A DNA stretch of 64,000 bases from Nitriliruptoraceae bacterium. GTDB taxonomy: Bacteria; Actinomycetota; Nitriliruptoria; Nitriliruptorales; Nitriliruptoraceae. The notes beneath the pieces were generated by a model. The model searched no databases, was not told where the DNA came from, and saw only the letters and a list, made by a program, of their open reading frames with translations. The position numbers were made by a program, and so were the translations under genes. This document shows positions 41,658 through 49,275 of this stretch, one piece after another. The DNA lies in contig JAGYKW010000007.1 in assembly GCA_018401275.1 (NCBI GenBank), positions 26,648-90,647 of the forward strand. The letters are read 5' to 3'. The first letter of the stretch is position 1. Each line of letters begins with the position of its first letter.

Positions 41658-41676
41658 TGGTGTGCTGCGAGGTGTG

Positions 41677-41761
41677 CTGAGCCCTGGCGGAGAATCGAAC
41701 TCCGGACCTCATCCTTACCATGGATGCGCTCTGCCGACTGAGCTACCAGGGCGTTCTACGG
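41677..41761. repeat. 85-bp perfect direct repeat, copy 2
   Basis: Identical to 40234..40318. The flanks diverge immediately outside the repeat. Confidence 0.9.
41680..41752 (-). tRNA. tRNA-Thr (anticodon GGU), copy 2
   Basis: Same 73-nt sequence as copy 1. Anchored on the ORF-track stop at 41715 and the end at 41680. Confidence 0.92.
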
Positions 41762-41842
41762 CGTTTGCGAACGTGCGCGGGCGAAGGGTAGCCAGACCGG
41801 CCCGCACCCGAGGACGCCTCGTGTCGAGCGTCCGGCCGAGTC

Positions 41843-43050
41843 TCAACCCAGCTGGGAGTGGGCCTCGCGCCATGGGCCGGACGGGTCGAGCTCGTCGAGC
41901 AGCGCGAGGTAGCCCTGCCCCATGCGCTCCGAGGCTGGACCGTCGCTCGACGGCGCTCCGCGCGGCGGCACCGATGCAGCCGCAGAGGCGCATCGTTCGC
42001 CAGCGTGCGGATGGCGTCGGCCATCGTCTCGACGTCGCCGGGGGACGAGCAACCCATCGACACCGTCGCGGATGGCCTCGGCCACGCCGCTGACCCGCGT
42101 GCCGATGACGGGCAGTCCGGTCGCCTGCGCCTGGAGCACCGCGGTGCTCTGCGTCTCACCTGCCGAGGACTGCACGCGAGGTCGAGGGTGCGCAGCTCAT
42201 CGGCGAGCTGCTCGGCACTGAGCATGCCGGTGAACGTCACGCCCGGCCCACGTCCGTCATCAGCGAGTCCAGCCGCCTCTGCGACAAGCCGGCTCGAGCC
42301 TCGTCGGTCCGTCGCCCATCAGCACGAGATGGGCGTCCGGGTGGTATCACGCACCCGTGCGACCGCCTGGATGAGGCGTGGGATGGTCCTTGCCAGGCCC
42401 CATCCCTGCCGCCATGCCGATGCGCAGCCCACCGGCCCTGCGTCGTGCCTCGGCCGCCACCATCTCCCCAGAGGCGCTACGGGGCCGGAAGAGCGCCACG
42501 TCCACGCCGTTCGGCGACCAGACGGATCGACGGTCCCGACCGCTGCGCTGCGCCGCTTCAGCGGGTAGGCGGCGAGGTACGCGTCGTTCAGCCAGGATCG
42601 GTCGCAGACACCGCACCGAGCATGCGCCACGAGCGCAGGTCATCACGCCGACGCCGGCAGTGCCAGCGAGTGGTGCTCGGTGAAGGTGGTCGCCGGCCAC
42701 GGTCCCGTCGCGCGCCCGAGGCGACGCACTGCGCCGACCGCGTACGGGATGTGGCTGAGCAGCGCTCAGGGCGCACGGTCGGCGCACGATGCGCTCGAGC
42801 GACCGGCCGACGCCCGAGGTCGAGCCGTCCGGCCCGCGGGATGACCGTCGACGGTCGTCGACGTCAGGCCACGGCGGCAGCGGTCCGTCACGGAGGTCGG
42901 CCGTGCGGGCGTGAAGGACGACGCCGGACGTCAGACCGGCGCGGCGGAGGGCGGCCGGCCAGGCTGCGGGCGATCAGCGGCCTGCCCGCCCGCTCCGCCG
43001 TAGACGAACTGGAGCACGTCCAGCGGCCGTGCATCGAGGGTCGGAGTCAT
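41843..43050 (-). pseudogene. GT4-family glycosyltransferase, heavily frameshifted
   Basis: GT4 hallmarks are scattered over three frames: MTPTLDARPLDVLQFVYGGAGG, NGVDVALFRP, GLARTIPRLIQAVARV, VTFTGMLSAEQLADELRTLDL, SSAGETQSTAVLQAQATGLPVIGTRVSGVAEAIRDGVDGLLVP and PGDVETMADAIRTLANDAPLR. The total span matches a protein of about 400 aa. Confidence 0.7.
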
Positions 43051-43130
43051 GGCGCCCCCCGTGGCGACCTCGTGCGACCGACGGCAGTCGGTCGGTCGTG
43101 CAGCGTCTGCATGAACGTCCGGGTGCAACG

Positions 43131-43215
<85 letters not shown>

Positions 43216-43326
43216 AGGGAACGTCCGAGCGTACGCGCTGGCACCACCGCGACCAAAACGCCACGCCTTCGGGGCTACCTTCGGCCGAGCGAGCAGCGAC
43301 ATCTCGGACATCTCAGGAGGGCGCGG

Positions 43327-43818
43327 ATGGCAGAGGCGAGCTTCGACGTCGAGGCCGGTGTCGACCGTCAGGAGGTCGACAACGCGATCAACCAGGCGGC
43401 CCGCGAGACCGTGACGCGCTTCGACTTCAAGGACACCGACACCGTCATCGAGTGGGCCGGCGACGAGGGCATCAAGCTCGAGTCGGTCTCGGAGGACCGG
43501 GTCAAGGCTGCCCTCGAGGTGCTGCGCGACAAGTGCGTGAAGCGCAAGGTGTCGCTCAAGGCGCTCGACATCGCCGACCCGCGTGATGTCGGTGGCGGCC
43601 GCTCGCGCATCGACGTGAAGCTCGTGAACACGATGACGCCCGAGCTCGCGAAGGCGATCGTGAAGGACGTGAAGGCCTCGAAGCTGAAGGTCACGCCGAC
43701 GAACATGGGTGACCGGGTCCGTATCGCCGGCAAGTCGAAGGACGACCTCCAGGCGATCCAGACGATGATCACCGAGGCGGACCATCCCGCGCCGCTCCGG
43801 TTCACGAACTACCGCTGA
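43327..43818 (+). CDS. yajQ: YajQ-family nucleotide-binding protein (UPF0234)
   Basis: 163-aa ORF MAEASFDVEAGVDRQEVDNAINQAARETVTRFDFKDT...KLKVTPTNMGDRVRIAGKSKDDLQAIQ. Confidence 0.9.
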   Translation: MAEASFDVEAGVDRQEVDNAINQAARETVTRFDFKDTDTVIEWAGDEGIKLESVSEDRVKAALEVLRDKCVKRKVSLKALDIADPRDVGGGRSRIDVKLVNTMTPELAKAIVKDVKASKLKVTPTNMGDRVRIAGKSKDDLQAIQTMITEADHPAPLRFTNYR

Positions 43819-43863
43819 GCGGCCGTCCTCCGGCTCGCTGCAGGATGAGACGCAGGAGCCGCG

Positions 43864-44781
43864 GTGCCTGAGGGTCACACCATCCATCGGCTCGCCCGCG
43901 ACCATGCCGGGTGGTTCGCCGGACGCGAGGTGCGCGTCTCCTCCCCTCAGGGTCGCTTCGCCGCGGCCGCAGCGCAGCTCGACGCGCACACGCTCGTCGC
44001 GACGGATGCGTTCGGGAAGCACCTCTTCCACCGCTACGACGACGGCCGCAGCGTCCACATCCATCTGGGACTGTTCGGCAAGGTCTTCCACCACGCGCTC
44101 GAGCATGGCGTCGCTGCGCCCGCCCCACGCGACACGGTGCGCTACCGCGTCGAGGCGGCCGGCTCCGACGGCGGGCACGCGATCGACCTCGTCGGAGCGA
44201 CCGCCTGCGAGCTGCTCGATGAGGCGGAGGTCGATGCGATCATCGCTCGGCTCGGTCCCGACCCGATCCGTGAGGACGCCGACCCGGAGCGCGCGTGGGC
44301 CGCGCTGCAGCGTCGCAGCGTCGGCATCGGCCGCGCGCTGATGGACCAGTCGGTGCTCGCCGGGGTCGGCAACGTCTACCGGGCCGAGGTCCTGTTCGTC
44401 CACGGCCTGCATCCGGACGTGCCCGCACGCGACGTGGACCGCGCCACCTGGGACGCGATGTGGGCGACGCTCGTCGAGTGGCTGCGACGCGGGGTGAAGG
44501 AGCGGCGCATCATCACCGTCGATCCCAAGGAGATCGGCGTGCCGCGCTCGCGGATGCGCCGGGCGGATGCGACCTACGCCTACCACCAGGACCACTGCCG
44601 GCGCTGCGGCACCGCGATCCGGCGCTACGACCTCGCGGGCCGCTGGGCCTACGCGTGCGAGTCGTGCCAGCCACCGCCCGGACGCGCCGCGTCACGCAGC
44701 ACGGCCTCGCGCAGCACCGCGTCACGCAGCACGGCGTCGACGGCGGCCCCGGCACGTCGCAGAGGAGCGAGCCACGCATGA
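43864..44781 (+). CDS. nei: Fpg/Nei-family DNA glycosylase/AP lyase (endonuclease VIII-like)
   Basis: 305-aa ORF MPEGHTIHRLARDH with H2TH (LMDQSVLAGVGNVYRAEVLF) and zinc finger CRRCGTAIRRYDLAGRWAYACESCQ. The C-terminal tail is (ASRST)x3. Confidence 0.88.
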   Translation: MPEGHTIHRLARDHAGWFAGREVRVSSPQGRFAAAAAQLDAHTLVATDAFGKHLFHRYDDGRSVHIHLGLFGKVFHHALEHGVAAPAPRDTVRYRVEAAGSDGGHAIDLVGATACELLDEAEVDAIIARLGPDPIREDADPERAWAALQRRSVGIGRALMDQSVLAGVGNVYRAEVLFVHGLHPDVPARDVDRATWDAMWATLVEWLRRGVKERRIITVDPKEIGVPRSRMRRADATYAYHQDHCRRCGTAIRRYDLAGRWAYACESCQPPPGRAASRSTASRSTASRSTASTAAPARRRGASHA

Positions 44782-45455
44782 GCGCACACGCTGACACGAC
44801 CGACGCGGCCGTCCCTCCACCGCTGCTGCGACGGGTCGCGATCGCCATCGCCATCGCGCGCTACGCGATCCCGCTCGCGGTCATCCCGGCGATCCCGTTC
44901 CTCATCGCCCGCGGCGAGCTCGCCCTGCTCGTGCTGCTGCGACCCCAGAAGGAGTTCCTGCTGCTCGCGGCTGCGCAGCTCGCCCGCACCGGGTCGCCGA
45001 GCGTGGCGCTGCTCCTCGCGGCCTACGTGCCGCTGATGATCGTCGCGATCTGGGCGTTCTTCATCGTCGGGCGCATCTTCCGTCCGGCGCTCGATGCGGG
45101 CGAGGCGCCGCGCTGGCTCACGCGCATCCTTCCGGCCGAGCAGCTCGACGTCGGACGACGGGTCATCGCACGTCGCGGTCCGCTGATCGCCGTGATGGGC
45201 CGCATGGCCGCCCTGCCTCCCACGATCATGGCCGCCGCCGCCGGCGCGTCGGACGTGAACGCTCCTCGCTACCTCGCGGCCGACCTCGTCGGCGCACTCG
45301 GGTCGTTCGCGCTGATGGTCGGGGCGGGACTCGTGCTCGGTGAGGCGTACGACGAGTACGGCATCTGGATCACGGTCGCCGGCGTCGTCGTGCTCGTCGC
45401 ACTGATCGCGCTGATCACCCGCTGGGTGCGCAACGAGGCGGCACGGGAGGACTGA
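44778..45455 (+). CDS. VTT/DedA (TVP38/TMEM64)-like membrane protein
   Basis: ATG at 44778 overlaps the nei stop (ATGA). 225 aa, multi-TM, with RRGPLIAVMGRMAALPPTIMAAAAGASDVNAPRYLAADLVG resembling the VTT-domain core. It is the in-frame part of ORF 44295..45455. Confidence 0.68.
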   Translation: MSAHADTTDAAVPPPLLRRVAIAIAIARYAIPLAVIPAIPFLIARGELALLVLLRPQKEFLLLAAAQLARTGSPSVALLLAAYVPLMIVAIWAFFIVGRIFRPALDAGEAPRWLTRILPAEQLDVGRRVIARRGPLIAVMGRMAALPPTIMAAAAGASDVNAPRYLAADLVGALGSFALMVGAGLVLGEAYDEYGIWITVAGVVVLVALIALITRWVRNEAARED

Positions 45456-45543
45456 GGTCGTCGCCGAAGCGTGTGTCGGTCGGCGCGCTCTGCACGCCGT
45501 CGGGCTGGTCCGGAGCGCAGCAGGACCTTCTGCGCCGTCAGCA

Positions 45544-45804
45544 TCATCGTGGATCATTGCGGTACACGACTGAGCGGGGTGCGATCCGCACGACACGGAC
45601 TGTCCCATCAGGTCGCTTCTCGTAGATGATCCGCCAGTCATCGACTCGGACCCGATACAGCTTCGCGAGGTTGCCCCGTAGCGGTGAGCCCACGAGGGTC
45701 CCGAGCGCCAGACGGTCGAGCGCATCATCCAATTCATGGCCCATATGGCCAGGCGCCTCGAGACGCTCCCTGCGAGCGCGGCGCGAGAGCACCAACCGGG
45801 GCAT
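45544..45804 (-). CDS. RelE/ParE-family type II toxin
   Basis: 86-aa ORF ending ...GSPLRGNLAKLYRVRVDDWRIIYEKRPDGTVRVVRIAPRSVVYR, typical of RelE/ParE. The start overlaps the upstream ORF stop (TGATG). Confidence 0.75.
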   Translation of the reverse strand: MPRLVLSRRARRERLEAPGHMGHELDDALDRLALGTLVGSPLRGNLAKLYRVRVDDWRIIYEKRPDGTVRVVRIAPRSVVYRNDPR

Positions 45805-46127
45805 CAGTCAGCAGCCGTGCCGTCCTTCGCGACGCTCCGTCGTTGCTCGGCGCGGAACTCGGCGAGTGAGACCTCGCGACCCGCCATCGCGTCCTGGATG
45901 CTCTCGATCAGCTCGAGGAGCGCAGTGGGATCGTTCAGGATCGCGCGGGTCTCCTCGTCGGCCTCTTCTTCCGGCAGGAGCGGAGGAAGGGCTTCCGAGT
46001 CGTTCTCAGCAGCGCAAAGTTGCACGAGGCGTTCCGAGAGCACACGGAGCAACCCGCGGTGCTGCTCGTCCTCGGTCGCGCTACGCAGATCGACGTCCAT
46101 GCTTCCAGCGTACTGATGGGTCCCCAT
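45804..46127 (-). CDS. Putative cognate antitoxin (acidic; family not recognised)
   Basis: In-frame part of ORF 45804..46166. ATG at 46127 is preceded by GGAGACAGC; ATG at 46100 is an alternative. The sequence contains ...EEEADEETRAILNDPTALLELIESIQDAMAGREVSLAEFRAEQ. Called from position and coupling only. Confidence 0.5.
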   Translation of the reverse strand: MGTHQYAGSMDVDLRSATEDEQHRGLLRVLSERLVQLCAAENDSEALPPLLPEEEADEETRAILNDPTALLELIESIQDAMAGREVSLAEFRAEQRRSVAKDGTAAD

Positions 46128-46153
46128 GCTGTCTCCGGTTCTCTGTCCATCGC

Positions 46154-46171
46154 GTCGAGTGTCCACTCGAC
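46154..46171. promoter_or_regulatory. 18-bp palindrome upstream of the antitoxin gene (candidate operator)
   Basis: gtcgagtg tc cactcgac: perfect 8-bp arms, 27 nt upstream of the ATG at 46127. Confidence 0.35.
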
Positions 46172-46238
46172 AGGACTGGAGATGCGAGCACAGCAGGACC
46201 AGCCCGCGCAGGGGCGATTATCGGACTGTGGAAGACCC

Positions 46239-47726
46239 TCAGCGCACCGCTGCGAACGTGACGATCGACGTCGCGTCGCTGAGCAGGCCCGGCAGCACCC
46301 CGAGCACGAGCGTCGCCGCAGCGAGGCTCGCGACGACGAGCGTCAGGTTCGCGCCCGGCTGCAGGGCCGGGGCGTCGGCGGCCGGCTCGACCATCCACAT
46401 GAGGCGGATGACCTTGAGGTAGTAGAAGAAGGCGATCACGGAGTTGATGACGAGCGCGCCGGCGAGCACGAGCCCGAACGTGGTCACGTCGACGGTGAGC
46501 GCCTCGAGGATCGCGAACTTCGCCCACAGGCCCACGGTCAGCGGTGCACCACCCAGCGACAGCATGAACACGGTCATCGCGGCCGCGAGCATCGGGCTGC
46601 GCGCACCCAGCCCCGCGTAGTCGCCGATGGCGCGCAGGCCGGTGCGGCGTGACACGCCGATCGCGACGCCGAACGCACCGATGTTCATCACCGCGTACGC
46701 CGCGAGGTAGAACAGCACGGCGCGGAACGCGCCGGCGTTCACGGCAGCGTCGAGCATCCCGCTGCCACCACGCGCGACGCCGAACGGCAGCAGGATGTAG
46801 CCGGCCTGGGCGACGGACGAGAACGCGAGCAGACGGATGAGGTCGCGCTGCTGGAGCGCACCGAGGTTGCCCACCGTCATCGTGATGATGGCGACGACCC
46901 CGAGGATCGGCGCCCAGACGTCGGCGAGCGGCTGGAACGCGATGAAGCTCACGATCGCGAGCCCGGCGAACCCGGCGGCCTTCGAGGCGACGGCGAGCAT
47001 CGCGGTGACCGGCATCGGCGAGCCGGCGTAGGTGTCGGGCGCCCAGAAGTGGAACGGGACGGCGGAGATCTTGAAGCCGAACCCGACGATGATGAGCAGC
47101 ACCGCGGCGAGCAGCAGCGGCTCGACCGTGCCGGCCGCGACCAGGCCACCGATGGCGGCAGCGATCGCGTCGAGGCCGGTGACGCCCGTGAACCCGTACA
47201 CGAACGACATGCCGAGCAGCATGAGTGCGACCGAGAGCACACCGATCAGGAAGAACTTGAGCGCCGCCTCCGACGAGTACAGGTCGCGCTTGCGCAGCCC
47301 GACCATCACGAACGCGGGCACCGACACGGTCTCGAGCGCGACGAACAGCAGCAGCAGGTCGCGTGCGGACGGCATGAGCAGCATGCCGATGAACGCGGTG
47401 ACCAGCAGGAAGTAGTACTCGCCCTGGAAGTAGCGGCCCTCGGCGAAGAAGCGCCACGAGATGCCGAGCACGGCGAGCAGCACCAGCAGGAACAGCGCCT
47501 TGAACGCGAGCGCGAACGAGTCGATGACGAACGTCCCGGCGAACGTGGTGCGCTCGTCGCCCCACAGCCGCGCGACGAAGTACAGCGCGACGAGGGTGCC
47601 GATCGCGGCCAGCGGGTTGACCAGCTGCTTCGCGCTGCCGCGCAGCGACAGGTCGGCGGCCAGCACCACCAGCGCGGTGACCGCGAGTGCGATCTCCGGC
47701 GCGATCGCCAGGAAGTCGATGGGCAT
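46239..47726 (-). CDS. nuoN: NADH-quinone oxidoreductase subunit N (cluster 2)
   Basis: 495-aa, ~14-TM ORF MPIDFLAIAPEIALAVTALVVLAADL...FKISAVPFHFWAPDTYAGSP. Last gene of the 11-gene cluster. Confidence 0.93.
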   Translation of the reverse strand: MPIDFLAIAPEIALAVTALVVLAADLSLRGSAKQLVNPLAAIGTLVALYFVARLWGDERTTFAGTFVIDSFALAFKALFLLVLLAVLGISWRFFAEGRYFQGEYYFLLVTAFIGMLLMPSARDLLLLFVALETVSVPAFVMVGLRKRDLYSSEAALKFFLIGVLSVALMLLGMSFVYGFTGVTGLDAIAAAIGGLVAAGTVEPLLLAAVLLIIVGFGFKISAVPFHFWAPDTYAGSPMPVTAMLAVASKAAGFAGLAIVSFIAFQPLADVWAPILGVVAIITMTVGNLGALQQRDLIRLLAFSSVAQAGYILLPFGVARGGSGMLDAAVNAGAFRAVLFYLAAYAVMNIGAFGVAIGVSRRTGLRAIGDYAGLGARSPMLAAAMTVFMLSLGGAPLTVGLWAKFAILEALTVDVTTFGLVLAGALVINSVIAFFYYLKVIRLMWMVEPAADAPALQPGANLTLVVASLAAATLVLGVLPGLLSDATSIVTFAAVR

Positions 47727-47729
47727 GGG

Positions 47730-49265
47730 TCAGCCGCCCATCGAGCGCAGGAGCACGGTCACGGCCGCGTCCTGCACCCCGAACACGAGGCGCGGGAAGA
47801 TGCCCAGTGCGAGCACCAGCACGAGCAGCGGCGTCCACGCGATCCACTCGATGCGGGTGACGTCGGCGAGCTCCTCGTTCGCCCACTTCTCCGGCGGCGT
47901 GCCGAGGTTGACGCGCTGGAGCATCCAGAGGAAGTAGCCGGCGGTGAGCACGGTGCCGATCGCGGCGAAGATGACGAGCCCGAGGTAGAGGCCGCCGTAG
48001 CTGTCGGCGAGGCCGAGCCCGGGGTTGATCGCGGCCCACATGGCGCCGAACTCGCCCCAGAACCCGGCGAGACCGGGCAGGCCGAGCGAGGCGACCGAGA
48101 CGTAGGTGAGCAGCACGCCGTAGCGCGGGATCTTCATGAGCATCCCGCCACCGATGATGTTCATGTCGCGCGTGTGGTAGCGGTCATGCAGCGACCCGGC
48201 GAGGAAGAACAGCATGCCGGTGATGACGCCGTGCGCGATGTTGCCGAACAGCGCCGCCTGGATGCCGGCCTCGTTCATCGCGGCGATGCCGAGCATGACG
48301 AAGCCCATGTGGCCCACGGAGCTGAAGGCGATGAGCCGTTTGATGTCGGTCTGCGCGAGGCAGCACAACGACCCGTAGATGATGCCGATGACGGCGAGCA
48401 CCCCGATCACCGGCGCGAAGCGCAGCGCACCCTCGGGCAGGATCGGGAGCGCGATGCGGATGAAGCCGTACGTGCCGATCTTGAGCAGCACGCCGGCGAG
48501 CAGCACCGAGCCGACGGTCGGGGCCTCGGTGTGGGCGTCGGGCAGCCAGGTGTGGAAGGGCCACATCGGGACCTTGATGGCGAACCCGAGGAACATGCCG
48601 AGGAACGCCCACGTCTGGAACGTGGTCGAACCGATCATCGACGCGTTGGAGAGCTCGACGATGTCCCAGCTGCGCAGGCCGGACTGGAAGTACACGGCGA
48701 GGAACGACACGAGCATGAAGATCGAGCCGAACAGCGTGTAGAGGAAGAACTTGACGCTCGCGTACTCGCGGCGCGGGCCACCCCACATCCCGATCATGAA
48801 GAACATCGGGACGAGGACCAGCTCGAAGAAGATGAAGAACAGGATCAGGTCGAACGCGACGAACGTGCCGGCCATACCGGTCTGCAGCAGCAGCATCAGC
48901 CCGAGGAAGGCCTTGGGCTTGCCCGGCTCCGGCAGGTGCTTCGTCGTGTAGATCGCGCTCAGGAACGGCAGCAGGAAGCTGAGGAAGAACAGCGGCAGCG
49001 AGATGCCGTCGATCCCGAGGTGGAAGCGCGCGTTGATCGCGTCGATCCACGCGACGTTCGTGACGAACTGCAGCTCGCCGGAGCGGCTGTAGTCGAACGC
49101 GACCGTCATCGCGGTGACCAGCGCGAACGACACACCCGTGACGAGCACGGCGAAGCGCTTGATGCGCTCCTCGTCGTCGTTCGGCAGGAGCAGCATCAGG
49201 GCCGCGCCGACCAGCGGCAGCGCGAGCGCCGCGATCAGCACCCAGCCTGCGGTGTTGGGGTCCAT
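47730..49265 (-). CDS. nuoM: NADH-quinone oxidoreductase subunit M (cluster 2)
   Basis: 511-aa ORF with FAIKVPMWPFHTWLPDAHTEAPTVGSVLLAGVLLK. Confidence 0.94.
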   Translation of the reverse strand: MDPNTAGWVLIAALALPLVGAALMLLLPNDDEERIKRFAVLVTGVSFALVTAMTVAFDYSRSGELQFVTNVAWIDAINARFHLGIDGISLPLFFLSFLLPFLSAIYTTKHLPEPGKPKAFLGLMLLLQTGMAGTFVAFDLILFFIFFELVLVPMFFMIGMWGGPRREYASVKFFLYTLFGSIFMLVSFLAVYFQSGLRSWDIVELSNASMIGSTTFQTWAFLGMFLGFAIKVPMWPFHTWLPDAHTEAPTVGSVLLAGVLLKIGTYGFIRIALPILPEGALRFAPVIGVLAVIGIIYGSLCCLAQTDIKRLIAFSSVGHMGFVMLGIAAMNEAGIQAALFGNIAHGVITGMLFFLAGSLHDRYHTRDMNIIGGGMLMKIPRYGVLLTYVSVASLGLPGLAGFWGEFGAMWAAINPGLGLADSYGGLYLGLVIFAAIGTVLTAGYFLWMLQRVNLGTPPEKWANEELADVTRIEWIAWTPLLVLVLALGIFPRLVFGVQDAAVTVLLRSMGG

Positions 49266-49275
49266 CCTCGTCTCC

